Positions 38,098-48,088 of a stretch of 64,000 bases of DNA are shown piece after piece. The notes under the pieces were generated by a model. That model was given only the letters and a program-made list of their open reading frames with translations, made no database searches and was not told the DNA's origin. The DNA lies in NCBI GenBank assembly GCA_963663225.1, contig OY760142.1:1600001-1664000 (forward strand), in the 5' to 3' direction. How positions within the stretch are numbered: the first letter of the stretch is position 1; every line of letters begins with the position of its first letter. Made by a program: the position numbers and the translations under genes. This DNA comes from Nitrospirota bacterium. Lineage in GTDB: Bacteria; Nitrospirota; UBA9217.

Positions 38098-40581
38098 TTA
38101 GATTATCGTATGTTCCGTCCTGGCGATCAGGTCGTCCTGAAGGTCCGGAGACAGGTCGGTAAAGTAAGCGCTGTAGCCGGCGATGCGGACGATCAGACTG
38201 CGGTACTTGTCAGGATCTTTTCTGGCAGCCAGCAGGGTCGCCTTGTTAATGACGTTGAACTGGACGTGCCAGAGTTTCAGATCGCACCAGGTCCTGATGA
38301 AAGCAACCAGTTTGCGCGTTCCCTCATCACCGGCCATGATTGAAGGTGTGAATTTAATATTGAGCAGGCGGGCAGCACGCTCCCGGTAATCGTAGTTTTT
38401 CGAATGGTAGTTTGAAAGCAGCACGGCAGTGGGCCCCTTCGCGTCGAATCCCTGGGAGGCCGACGATCCGTCTGACAGCGGTGTATACGCTTTCCGACCG
38501 CAGGGGGACGCGCTCACGACTTTGCCGAAGGGAACATGCGATGTGAAGGGGACATAACGCAGATCGAGGTGAATGCCGAGCTCTTTGGAATATTTCTTTG
38601 TATACTCAAGACAGACCCTGTCCAGGTCCTTTGCGATCGCATCAGCATATTCATTGTTGTTCCCGTACTTGGGCGCATTGGAGAGCATCCGGCGCACGGC
38701 CTCTTTCCCCTCGAAATTCGCCTTCATCGCCTCGATCAGTTCGTTCATCGTGAGCCGTTTGTCTTCAAAGACGAGTTTTTTGATCGCCGCGAGCGAATCG
38801 ACGACCGTTCCATATCCCATAAACTCGAAGTACCCGAGATCAATGCCGCCCGGAATATGAGGGTTGTGCAGATCCATGCACTCTCTCATGCAGATATCGT
38901 GCAGTGCGCTGCCTGTCGGCCACGCGAAGTGTTTGGCGCGCAGATTGTTAATGACGTGCTGCTGAATGAATGCGTGGCGGAGGAAATTCATGTGCTGCGC
39001 AAGATATGCGTTCCAGAACTCGTTCCACGACGGGAAGGCGGCCGGATCGCCCGTCGAGAGGCCGATTTGTTCATCGCCGTGCAGCAGCATTTTGCCGTTG
39101 TACATGGTCATTTCCAGGGCTGCGGCAAAATTGATGTACGCGCAGGGGCTCGTGTAGGTGTCAAGGTTCGGCATGCGGCATTCCGAGCAGCCTGAAACGG
39201 CATAGTCGTACGCATGGTCGAACGGCGCGCCCTTTGCGAGCAGCAGCGGTATGACCTCTTCATCATTGATGAGCTTGGGGAATCCTGATCCTTCCTTGAT
39301 CGTTTCGGCGACCTCATGCAGGAACCGTTCCGGCGCCCGCGTATGGATCCTTGCCGCCAGATCGGGATAGTGCAGTGGAAATTCGCGCTTGGATTTAAGG
39401 AAGAGATAGGACAGATCATTGGTCGCATCGCGCCCGTCACGGGTCTGTCCTCCGATGGTCACAGCCTCCCAGTGAGCATACCCTTCATTAAAGGCGCCGC
39501 CGGTCGGAGAAATATAGAGGTCGATGAACTGGGCCATGCCTACCCACATGCACTCAAGGAGCTCGAGCGTCTCAAGCTCAGTCAGCGTTCCTTCCTCCCT
39601 GTCTTTGCTGAAGTACGGATACAGATACTGGTCCATGCGGCCGTTGGAGATAATGGTCCCGGTTTTCTGCTCCATACGGGAGAATATCTGGGCAAACCAT
39701 TGAGACTGCATCGCTTCCCTGAACGTGCGCGCAGGGTGCTCCGGCACCCATTGGCATCGCGCAGCGATCTCAACGAGCTCCTTTTTTCGGATTGGATCGG
39801 TTTCGTTCTCCGCGAGCTTTGACGCAAGCAGCGCATGGCGCCTTGCCCAATGAATGATCGCATCGCAGGTAATGACGATCGCCTGGAGGTACGGCATTTT
39901 TTCCATGTTGTCCACGGGACTCATCGGATCGAGTGAGTCCAGCCGCCTCTGGGCGTCTTCCCTGATGCCGCCAAACCCGTGTGTGAGCACCTTCGCGTAA
40001 TCATGCACCCACTGGATGGAAGATCTGAACGAAGCGGTTTCATTGACGATGAAGCGCGACTTGAGGGGGTCGGCCGGATCGTAGGTGAGCTTCAGGGTTT
40101 CTTTTGGCAGTGACTTCGTCAGGTTCTCATGGAAGGTCTTCCCTTTCCAGTAGGGAGCGATATCCTCGACCACCGCTCGTGCATCCGCGGCGGAAATTTC
40201 AAAGGGAGACTCTACCCTGCTCGGCAGCTGTACAATCGCGAGGTCGAGAAAATCCCCGTCAAGTTCGGGATAGAGAATTCCATAACGTCCTTGGCAGCCC
40301 GCGCGGCCGGCAAGCAGCTGTTTTTCGTCTATGTACACGGTGATGTTTTCGGCTATGTGTTTCATGGCCTTGGCCCACCTGAGAATAAGTGGCTGGCCTT
40401 CGGTTTCCTTCATCGATTCCGTGAAATACTTTGCGCGTTCGATATCAATACGGGGCTTCACGGTCTGAATACTCTTCAGTATCTGGTACGCCCTCGGACG
40501 GCCGTGAAAGTTCTCTTTTCCCAGTCGTTCTTCTTGAATGCGCTGTTCTTGTGGTGAAAGTACTGTACAACAGTCTGTCAT
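38098..40581 (-). CDS. islA: Glycyl radical enzyme of the isethionate sulfite-lyase (IslA/IseG) clade
   Basis: Gly-radical loop RIAGYS; Cys loop SGCSE (CxE); [35 protein letters not shown] and [12 protein letters not shown] match IslA as I recall it. Confidence 0.85.
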   Translation of the reverse strand: MTDCCTVLSPQEQRIQEERLGKENFHGRPRAYQILKSIQTVKPRIDIERAKYFTESMKETEGQPLILRWAKAMKHIAENITVYIDEKQLLAGRAGCQGRYGILYPELDGDFLDLAIVQLPSRVESPFEISAADARAVVEDIAPYWKGKTFHENLTKSLPKETLKLTYDPADPLKSRFIVNETASFRSSIQWVHDYAKVLTHGFGGIREDAQRRLDSLDPMSPVDNMEKMPYLQAIVITCDAIIHWARRHALLASKLAENETDPIRKKELVEIAARCQWVPEHPARTFREAMQSQWFAQIFSRMEQKTGTIISNGRMDQYLYPYFSKDREEGTLTELETLELLECMWVGMAQFIDLYISPTGGAFNEGYAHWEAVTIGGQTRDGRDATNDLSYLFLKSKREFPLHYPDLAARIHTRAPERFLHEVAETIKEGSGFPKLINDEEVIPLLLAKGAPFDHAYDYAVSGCSECRMPNLDTYTSPCAYINFAAALEMTMYNGKMLLHGDEQIGLSTGDPAAFPSWNEFWNAYLAQHMNFLRHAFIQQHVINNLRAKHFAWPTGSALHDICMRECMDLHNPHIPGGIDLGYFEFMGYGTVVDSLAAIKKLVFEDKRLTMNELIEAMKANFEGKEAVRRMLSNAPKYGNNNEYADAIAKDLDRVCLEYTKKYSKELGIHLDLRYVPFTSHVPFGKVVSASPCGRKAYTPLSDGSSASQGFDAKGPTAVLLSNYHSKNYDYRERAARLLNIKFTPSIMAGDEGTRKLVAFIRTWCDLKLWHVQFNVINKATLLAARKDPDKYRSLIVRIAGYSAYFTDLSPDLQDDLIARTEHTII

Positions 40582-40661
40582 GGTATTTTTACCCCCTTCT
40601 AGGCTTTCTTTTCCAAGCCTCCGCTATCTGAGCATGACTACTTCTCATTGTGTATATTAAA

Positions 40662-40677
40662 AGCAAGAGTCATGCCT
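40662..40677 (-). promoter_or_regulatory. Sigma54 -24/-12 promoter of the GRE operon
   Basis: AGGCATGACTCTTGCT = GG-N10-GC with TTGC, about 80 nt upstream of the GRE ATG. Confidence 0.75.
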
Positions 40678-40945
40678 GAATTGAGATAAGTATGTCTCTG
40701 TGTGCGGGATTCTATTCCTGCGTCCGGATGAACAGGTGTTGGTGACGTAGTGATTGAACATTACTAAAATAGTAAGCAGCGCTATGACGCACCTGACGCG
40801 CAGGAGCCATCCCGCTAAAATATCCGGTAAATTCTCTTATTTTCTGGAGGATTGCTGAGCAATGATAGAGGATAATTGCAGAGGAATGGCGTTGACTTTA
40901 GGAATGCCACTCTTTCGAGAGATGGGAGGTAAAAAAACGATAACG

Positions 40946-42385
40946 CTATACGATCTCGCGGCCGTTTATCTTTGGTCGCACGAGGCTGTATTTCTTCAAT
41001 TTTTCATACAATGTAGCCCTCGATATGTCAAGAGCGCGGGCTGAACGAACCATGTTCCATTCCTCGCGGTTCAGCGTATCAAGAATCAGCTGGCGCTCAT
41101 TCAAATGGCGCATCGCAGAGAGAGGGTTATGTCCTGAACACGGCAGTTCCGGTTCCGCTGTGGCAATACTTACGATCTCGGACGGCAGATCTTTTATCTC
41201 GATGGTGTTGCCGAGGCAAAAACTTGCGGCGCGTTCTATGACATTTCTCAGTTCGCGGACATTCCCGGGCCAGTTATATCGCATGAGAATATCCATCGCG
41301 TCACTCGAAAAATTCAGATTGCCATTGAGCCGGTCAAGCATACTTCGGGCTATAATGGGGATGTCTTCGCGCCGCTCGCAGAGCGACGGTATCGTCACGG
41401 CCATTGCACTTAATCTGTAATAGAGATCTTCCCGAAATTTTCCTTCACGGATCATGGCCTTCAGATTGCGGTTTGTGGCGACCACGAGCCTGAAATCCAC
41501 TCTCACCGGGTGGGTGGAGCCGAGGCGAGATATCATTTTGTCTTCGAGTATTCTGAGCAGTTTCACCTGCGCAGAAAGCGGCATCTCTCCAACCTCGTCC
41601 AGAAAGAGCGTCCCTTTGTTGGCAAGCTCTATCTTGCCCATTTTCCCTTCTTTTCTTGCGCCGGTAAAGGCGCCGGTCGAATACCCGAAGAGTTCTGATT
41701 CAAACAGTTCATGAGGGATGGCACCGCAGTTGATGCAGACAAACGGGCCATCAGCGCGCGTGCTTGCGACATGGAGTGCATTGGCAAAGAGCTCTTTTCC
41801 GACGCCGGTAACGCCCTGAATCAGAATAGGAGGGTCGGTGCGAGCATACATCGCAATCAGCTCTTTCGCGCGTGTAATTGCCGCACTTTTTCCCAGGATG
41901 TCATCAAGCGAGTATCGTGCGGACAGAACGCTCTTGATCTGTTCCTTAAATAACTTTACTGTTCGTCCCAACTGCTCGATCTTTGCCGCTGTTGCCTTGA
42001 GTTCACTGGGATCACTAAAGAGCGCCTGCGAGATCATGCCGCATGCCACACCTTGATTTGTCATGACGGGAATCCTGTTGACGATGAGTGTTTTGCCATG
42101 ACCGTCTGTGCTGAGAGGACCGAGATCTCCAAGCTCCGCTTTGCCCGACTGTATGACGATTGGCGCCCTCGTCAAAGGTATAAAATCCTTCACAGGCCTT
42201 CCTATGGCGTCCTCGGGCGTAACGCCGAGATATTCAGCGTACGCTTTATTGATAAATCGTATTATGCAATTGGTGTCACAGAAATAGATTCCAGTCGGCA
42301 GCGCATTGAAGATCGTATAGAGCATCTCCGGTGGAAAGCATACTAATTCGTCACGTTCTGTCACTGATTGCCTCCGTTTTCCCAT
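40946..42385 (-). CDS. Sigma54-dependent activator (PAS, AAA+, Fis HTH)
   Basis: N-terminal PAS (FINKAYAEYLG), GVTGVGKE, ELFGYSTGAFTGA, WPGNVRELRN, ARALDISRATLY. Confidence 0.93.
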   Translation of the reverse strand: MGKRRQSVTERDELVCFPPEMLYTIFNALPTGIYFCDTNCIIRFINKAYAEYLGVTPEDAIGRPVKDFIPLTRAPIVIQSGKAELGDLGPLSTDGHGKTLIVNRIPVMTNQGVACGMISQALFSDPSELKATAAKIEQLGRTVKLFKEQIKSVLSARYSLDDILGKSAAITRAKELIAMYARTDPPILIQGVTGVGKELFANALHVASTRADGPFVCINCGAIPHELFESELFGYSTGAFTGARKEGKMGKIELANKGTLFLDEVGEMPLSAQVKLLRILEDKMISRLGSTHPVRVDFRLVVATNRNLKAMIREGKFREDLYYRLSAMAVTIPSLCERREDIPIIARSMLDRLNGNLNFSSDAMDILMRYNWPGNVRELRNVIERAASFCLGNTIEIKDLPSEIVSIATAEPELPCSGHNPLSAMRHLNERQLILDTLNREEWNMVRSARALDISRATLYEKLKKYSLVRPKINGREIV

Positions 42386-42456
42386 ATGTATTAATGGATA
42401 TGGATGCGTTCTGCGCAGAATTCTTAATCAAACCATTATACAATATTTCGAAAAAA

Positions 42457-42492
42457 TGTCCAGATGCCCTGACATGTCAAGAAATCCATACA
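42457..42492. promoter_or_regulatory. Candidate tandem activator binding sites (UAS)
   Basis: TGTC-N10-GACA immediately followed by TGTC-N10-TACA. Confidence 0.45.
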
Positions 42493-42884
42493 GACATTCA
42501 GGACAATTAATTATTTGTTTTGGTACGTACTTGCCTACTATCTAAGCTTAAGAAGCCGCGACTATTCTTATCTTCAATGTTCCAAGATGGCGTGATGTAA
42601 GGTGTTTTTTGCGTACAACTAAATGTAGATATACGAAACTTGTAATTTTATTCATAGGTATTTGACGGATTAAGTTCTTGATCGCTGATTCCCTCTATTC
42701 CGGATATCTGTCTTGCTTTTTGTAAAATATGTACGGTTATGTCTGACTATGCAAAACGTTCACCATATTGCCAAAATGTTAAGGCCCGGTGTTCTCTTTA
42801 TTTATTATATTGAAATTAAAAGATTTATAGTCTCTCTGACCGTAATGGAAGGTCATGGCATCTCGAGACGAATCCATGATATTA

Positions 42885-42900
42885 TGGCATTCATCTTGCT
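42885..42900 (+). promoter_or_regulatory. Sigma54 -24/-12 promoter of the ABC-TauE operon
   Basis: TGGCATTCATCTTGCT, close to the TGGCAC-N5-TTGC consensus. Confidence 0.8.
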
Positions 42901-43078
42901 CTATAGCTTTAAACGATGCCATTATTGGTACGCTCTGGCCACCACTAATCACTATGACCATGCCTTGTTTTTTATGAGAACCGACAGTCCTGGATGGTCA
43001 GCACGTCCAAGCTAAAAGCTGTGCTACGGTAGTTTTTATAATCAGCAATTTATATAAATAAAAAAGGAGGACGGGGGA

Positions 43079-44188
43079 ATGAAAAAAAGCAGATTGCTAT
43101 TCGTGTTGTTTGCTATTATGCTGTGTTTCATAAGTGTGCCGGGGGCCGTTTCGGCACTGGATAAGATTATCGTCGGATTTCAGCCCTACGATACCATCTC
43201 GTATCAGGTAGCAGTGAACCAGGAACTGGGCATATGGAAGAAATATTTCCCGAAGGGTGTTGAAGTCGAATTCCTGCCGGCGCTTCAGGGTTCAATCATC
43301 TCAAACAATCTGCTTGCTGGCAAGACTCATATCGGCTATATGAGCGTTATGCCAGCCACCTTGGCCGCCACGAAGCCGGAACAGGCAAAGATGAAGATGG
43401 TTGCGAGCTTGGGAATGTCCGATGGCATGCGCTGCTCGCTGCTCCTGGTCAGGAAGGACGCTCCTCAGTTCAAGAGCCAGGAAGAGGCCATCAGGTGGCT
43501 TGACGGCAAGATAGTCGCAGCGCCCAAGGGCAGCGCTGCTGATCAGTATTTGCTGATGCTCTTCGACAAGTACAAAATTAAGCCGAAAGAATATCTCAAC
43601 CAGTCGATAGAAGTCATCGGCAGTAACTTCCGCATTAAGAAGCTTGACGCTGCGGCAATGTGGGAACCGACCATTTCACGTGTCGGCGACCTGGTCGGCG
43701 AGGGGCTGGTCCGCATTGCGGCTACGGGCACTGCGGTAAAAAATCCGGACCTGGGGATACTTATTATGCGCGCTGATTTTGTCGAGCAGAACCCGGAACT
43801 TGCCGAGGCATGGATTAAGTCCGAACTTGAGGCCCAGCAATATCTTGTGGATCCAAAAAATTATTCCAAGGTCATCGATATGGTAGCCAAATACGCAACC
43901 GGCATGCCGAAACGTGCTCTTTGGTATTCTATCTATGGACAGATTCCCGCCGCCGTAGGAGGCACAAAGATGCGCGAATGGAAACCATTCATCTTTGACA
44001 ATAAGGTTCTAAAAAATATAAACGATGTCTATACATTCCTTTATAAGGAAAAAAGAACGACTATTGACAAACCGTTGGCCGGTTCGATAGATGATTCAAT
44101 CGCCAAGAAAATCCTCAAAGAAAAGAAGATTAAATCCCCGATCGGCGTAATTCACGGGCAGCCGCCTTCAGCAGATCCGTTTAAATAG
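43079..44188 (+). CDS. TauA/SsuA-type ABC substrate-binding protein (putative sulfonate)
   Basis: Signal peptide, LDGKIVAAPKGS, LDAAAMWEP; AAGGAGG RBS; context. Confidence 0.85.
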   Translation: MKKSRLLFVLFAIMLCFISVPGAVSALDKIIVGFQPYDTISYQVAVNQELGIWKKYFPKGVEVEFLPALQGSIISNNLLAGKTHIGYMSVMPATLAATKPEQAKMKMVASLGMSDGMRCSLLLVRKDAPQFKSQEEAIRWLDGKIVAAPKGSAADQYLLMLFDKYKIKPKEYLNQSIEVIGSNFRIKKLDAAAMWEPTISRVGDLVGEGLVRIAATGTAVKNPDLGILIMRADFVEQNPELAEAWIKSELEAQQYLVDPKNYSKVIDMVAKYATGMPKRALWYSIYGQIPAAVGGTKMREWKPFIFDNKVLKNINDVYTFLYKEKRTTIDKPLAGSIDDSIAKKILKEKKIKSPIGVIHGQPPSADPFK

Positions 44189-44214
44189 GAAATTAAATAA
44201 GTATGGGGTGATTC

Positions 44215-45111
44215 ATGCAGACAAAAGAGATAGCATTACAGGAAAAAGAGGTCGCGGCTCAGGATATTCAGGACATTAAAGTATCCGCGATAAACATCTT
44301 CTTTTTCCGATTAAAGCTCTGGCTGAAAAGTCCCACACCGTATCTGATACTGCTGGGTCTTACCCTTTTGCTCGTTGCATGGTGGCTGGCAACCGAGGTC
44401 TGGCAGCTTCCCCGTTTTGACAAGCTGCCAGGCCCCGTTATTGTCGTCAAGGAATGGGTGTCCAGGGATCCGTCGTATGGAATATCTATCTATACGCCGG
44501 AATATTACGAGCACATCTGGAGGAGCGTCCTGCGTGTCCTTGAGGCCTTTGGACTTGCTACTCTCCTGGGCGTGCCGCTTGGCCTCTTTATGGGCTGGAA
44601 AAAAACCTTCAAGGATTATACGTTCCCGGTCATGGAGATACTGAGACCCATCCCGATGCTTGCCTGGGTACCGCTGGCAATTCTGATGTGGCCCGAGCGC
44701 GAAATGGCGATCATTTACCTCACGTTTCTTGCAGCGTTCTTTGCGACAACGCTCAACACACTGCTCGGCGTCGAATCCATTGACGAATCATATTTCAGGG
44801 CAGCACGATGCCTCGGGGCAAAAGCGCATCACATCTTTTTCCGGGTCGTTATTCCGGGTGCGCTGCCTTTTATTTTCACCGGTTTGCAGATTAGCATGGG
44901 AGTTTCATGGTTTTCTCTTGTTGCCGGTGAAATGCTTGCAGGTGAGTATGGTCTGGGCTATCTCATCTGGAACTCATTCATTCTCGTGCAATACCCCGTC
45001 ATCGTCATAGCAATGGTGACGCTCGGTGTCATCGGATGGACCAGCAGTGCGCTTATCCGTTTTGTGGGGACACTCCTCATGAAATGGCAGTCACGGGAAT
45101 CATCTTTGTGA
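44215..45111 (+). CDS. TauC/SsuC-type ABC permease 1
   Basis: LPGP, RPIPMLAWVPLA, AARCLGA, AGEML. Confidence 0.92.
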   Translation: MQTKEIALQEKEVAAQDIQDIKVSAINIFFFRLKLWLKSPTPYLILLGLTLLLVAWWLATEVWQLPRFDKLPGPVIVVKEWVSRDPSYGISIYTPEYYEHIWRSVLRVLEAFGLATLLGVPLGLFMGWKKTFKDYTFPVMEILRPIPMLAWVPLAILMWPEREMAIIYLTFLAAFFATTLNTLLGVESIDESYFRAARCLGAKAHHIFFRVVIPGALPFIFTGLQISMGVSWFSLVAGEMLAGEYGLGYLIWNSFILVQYPVIVIAMVTLGVIGWTSSALIRFVGTLLMKWQSRESSL

Positions 45112-45119
45112 GGTTTATT

Positions 45120-45998
45120 ATGACTAGTACACAACCTATATTATCGCCGGCCACTTCAGGGACAATCTCAGATGCGCGGGTCAGCGGACAAATAAGCATC
45201 AGAAACGTAACAAAGATCTATGATCCCGAAGGTGCCAATGTTCTTGCCCTCGATAATTGTTCGCTCGAAATTCAGGCCGGCGAGTTCTGCGTTGTCGTCG
45301 GCCCGTCCGGATGCGGAAAAACAACGCTTCTGAATGCTATTGCGGGCTTTCATGACATAACGTCCGGGCAGATCGATCTCGACGGTGAACTCCTCTGTTC
45401 CAAAGACAGACAGGCCGAGCCCGGAGCAGATCGTATTGTTGTTTTCCAGCAAGGTGCACTTTTCCCCTGGTATACGGTTCTCGAAAATGTACTGTACGGG
45501 CCTTCGGTACAGGGTAAAATGAAAGGGATGAAAGCCCGGAAGGCAGCAGAGGAGATTCTTGCGCAGATGGGCCTGAAAGGCATTCTGCACAGTTATCCGA
45601 GCGAAATATCGTCGGGCATGCGGCGGCGCGTCGAGATAGCGCGTGCTATGATGAACAATCCGAAAATATTGCTGATGGACGAACCATACCGTGCCATGGA
45701 TGCGCTCACCAAAACGATCATGCACAAAAATCTTCTTGATGTATACGATAGATCAAACAAAACTATTTTTTTCATTACGCATGACCTTGAAGAGGCCATC
45801 TTTCTCGGAACCAAAGTTGTTGTTATGACAACGCGGCCCGGCAAGATCAAGAAAGTCATCGATGTCGAACTCCCCAGGCCACGCGATTTTAGAATCCTCA
45901 CATCGGAGCGCTACCTCGAACTCAAACAGGAAGCAATTGAGTCGGTGCACGAAGAGGCGAAAAAGGCGTTCGAGGCAGGAGAGCGGGAGCTTGCATGA
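45120..45998 (+). CDS. TauB/SsuB-type ABC ATPase 1
   Basis: GPSGCGKTT, variant signature ISSGM, LLMDEPY, ITHDLEEA. Confidence 0.9.
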   Translation: MTSTQPILSPATSGTISDARVSGQISIRNVTKIYDPEGANVLALDNCSLEIQAGEFCVVVGPSGCGKTTLLNAIAGFHDITSGQIDLDGELLCSKDRQAEPGADRIVVFQQGALFPWYTVLENVLYGPSVQGKMKGMKARKAAEEILAQMGLKGILHSYPSEISSGMRRRVEIARAMMNNPKILLMDEPYRAMDALTKTIMHKNLLDVYDRSNKTIFFITHDLEEAIFLGTKVVVMTTRPGKIKKVIDVELPRPRDFRILTSERYLELKQEAIESVHEEAKKAFEAGERELA

Positions 45999-46026
45999 TG
46001 GCCGGCATGCCGTAGGAGGCAGAACA

Positions 46027-46842
46027 GTGACAACAAACAAGCCTGCAGTGTTCATGGGAATAAACCTTCGTAAACTACGCAAAAAAATATTCAGCAAAAC
46101 GACCCTTCGAGGTATTGTTGCGATAATAGTAACAGGTATTTTATGGGAAGTATGCGCGCGTCTCCAGGTTCCGATCATAGGCATGATCCCCGCACCAAGC
46201 TCAGTGTACGGTTCTCTGATAGAACAGATCCAGGACAAATCCTACTGGGAATGCTGGATAGTCAGTTACGACCGGGTCTTGACGGGCTTTGTCATAGCCA
46301 TGATAGTCGGAATCCCGCTTGGCCTGGTCATGGGACTGAGCCGCCATTTCAGGGACCTGACCTTTCCGACACTGGAGATCCTCAGGCCTATTCCACCCCT
46401 TGCGTGGGTGCCGACCGCGGTAATCTTCTGGCCAACGCCGGAAATGAGCATGATTTTTGTGACGTTTTTAGGTGCTTTTTTTACCATGGTACTGAATATC
46501 CTTGGCGGCGTAAAAAGTGTGGATATCCGCCATGTGCGCTCTGCCCAATCTCTGGGGTCGAGCAAAAAAGATATATTCTGGCGCATAGTCCTGCCTGCCA
46601 CGCTTCCAAGCCTTTTTACAGGCATGACCGTTGGAATGGGTATAACGTGGGCTGTTGTTGTGGCTGCTGAAATGATTGCAAGCCGTTCTGGCCTTGGTTT
46701 TTTAACCTGGAAATCCTATGTTGCCGGCGACTACCCGGTTATCGTGATAGGTATGATCAGCATAGGGATAGCCGGCTATATCTCGAGCGCAGTTATCCGT
46801 TTCTTGGGGGATCGTCTTACCCCTTGGCTCAAGATCATTTAG
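46027..46842 (+). CDS. TauC/SsuC-type ABC permease 2
   Basis: IPAPS, RPIPPLAWVP, SAQSLGS, AAEMIA; AGGAGG before GTG 46027. Confidence 0.9.
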   Translation: MTTNKPAVFMGINLRKLRKKIFSKTTLRGIVAIIVTGILWEVCARLQVPIIGMIPAPSSVYGSLIEQIQDKSYWECWIVSYDRVLTGFVIAMIVGIPLGLVMGLSRHFRDLTFPTLEILRPIPPLAWVPTAVIFWPTPEMSMIFVTFLGAFFTMVLNILGGVKSVDIRHVRSAQSLGSSKKDIFWRIVLPATLPSLFTGMTVGMGITWAVVVAAEMIASRSGLGFLTWKSYVAGDYPVIVIGMISIGIAGYISSAVIRFLGDRLTPWLKII

Positions 46843-46872
46843 TAGCGTACTTTACGACGAGGTGGCACGTAT

Positions 46873-47742
46873 ATGAACGGACATCACGAACCGACCGCGC
46901 CGCAGAGCGGCAATATGCAGGTCAATGCGATATCGAAATCCTTCGGTATCGGACCACTGCGGCAACAGGTTATAGAGAACTGCACCTTTACGCTCGAAAA
47001 AGGGAAGTTGACAGTCCTTATCGGACCTTCCGGATGCGGCAAGACGACGCTCGTCAACCTGCTTGCCGGCTACGAAACACCTGATTCCGGAAGCATTACT
47101 GTTGACGACGTGCCCGTGAAGGGGCCCGGTAAGGACCGCCTCGTCGTCTTTCAGGAAACTGCGCTTTTCCCCTGGATGACGACGTTTCAAAATGTTGTGT
47201 ACGGTCCGATGGTCCGCGGCGAAAAGAATAAAAAAGAGCTCGAAGAAGAAACCATGCATCTGCTGCACAAAGTGGGGCTGGCTGATTTTCGGGACAAATA
47301 TCCGATTCAGCTGTCAGGAGGCATGCAGCGGCGCTGCGAGCTCGTGAGAGCGCTTATTAACAGGCCCAAGATTATGCTGATGGATGAGCCGTTCAGGGGT
47401 CTTGATGCCATGACCCGTGAACTCATGCAGGAATACTATGTACGGCTGTTTGAAGAGAACCACCTGACCAACCTTTTCATCACCTCGGAACTGGAGGAGG
47501 CGATTTTCCTTGCCGACAGGCTTATCATCCTTACCAACCGTCCCGCAAGCACGAGGACCGTGATGGAGATAGACCTGCCGAGACCGCGCGAGTTCAAGGT
47601 TCTCGCAACACGGGAATACCTGCACTATAAGCAGCAGGCGCTTGAGATTCTTCATGAAGAGGCGATGAAGGCGTTTTCAAGCGGAAGCAAAGCTGCAGTT
47701 TCAGATTTTCTTGAAGCATATTCTGAAGTCGAACCCCGATAA
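46873..47742 (+). CDS. TauB/SsuB-type ABC ATPase 2
   Basis: GPSGCGKTT, LSGGMQRR, LMDEPF; H-loop reads ITSELEEA (His absent). Confidence 0.9.
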   Translation: MNGHHEPTAPQSGNMQVNAISKSFGIGPLRQQVIENCTFTLEKGKLTVLIGPSGCGKTTLVNLLAGYETPDSGSITVDDVPVKGPGKDRLVVFQETALFPWMTTFQNVVYGPMVRGEKNKKELEEETMHLLHKVGLADFRDKYPIQLSGGMQRRCELVRALINRPKIMLMDEPFRGLDAMTRELMQEYYVRLFEENHLTNLFITSELEEAIFLADRLIILTNRPASTRTVMEIDLPRPREFKVLATREYLHYKQQALEILHEEAMKAFSSGSKAAVSDFLEAYSEVEPR

Positions 47743-47760
47743 GGCTGCTGTGGTGACCAG

Positions 47761-47955
47761 ATGGATAAATCACATGCCGTGCTTCGCGCTATCATGATCA
47801 CGACGGCCGTATTGGCGGCTGTATTCTCCCTTCTTGCAAGCGTGGCCCGCGCCCGCGGAGCGCCGGGTAAAATTGTCACCATGCTTTATTACTCTGCGTA
47901 CGGCCTCATGTTTATCAGCATTATTCTCTTTATCCTTATCGGCATGAATGGATGA
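47761..47955 (+). CDS. Small hypothetical protein with two TM segments
   Basis: 64 aa, two hydrophobic helices, 18 nt after the ATPase stop. Confidence 0.6.
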   Translation: MDKSHAVLRAIMITTAVLAAVFSLLASVARARGAPGKIVTMLYYSAYGLMFISIILFILIGMNG

Positions 47956-48088
47956 CTCCTTGCGTGAGACAGCCGGTGCGAGTCTTGAACATGGGTTGAG
48001 GCAGGCCGTACCGATTCCGTATGCTATCCTTCGCCGGTGAGAATGCCGCGCTTCCTACTTTTGCTGTTAAGAACTCGGAGAATGGTTT

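Noticed and set aside
38098-40581. GRE as pyruvate formate-lyase or choline TMA-lyase
   Set aside because: Lacks the PFL Cys-Cys pair and the GCVEP loop typical of CutC; motifs and TauE/TauT context fit a sulfonate lyase
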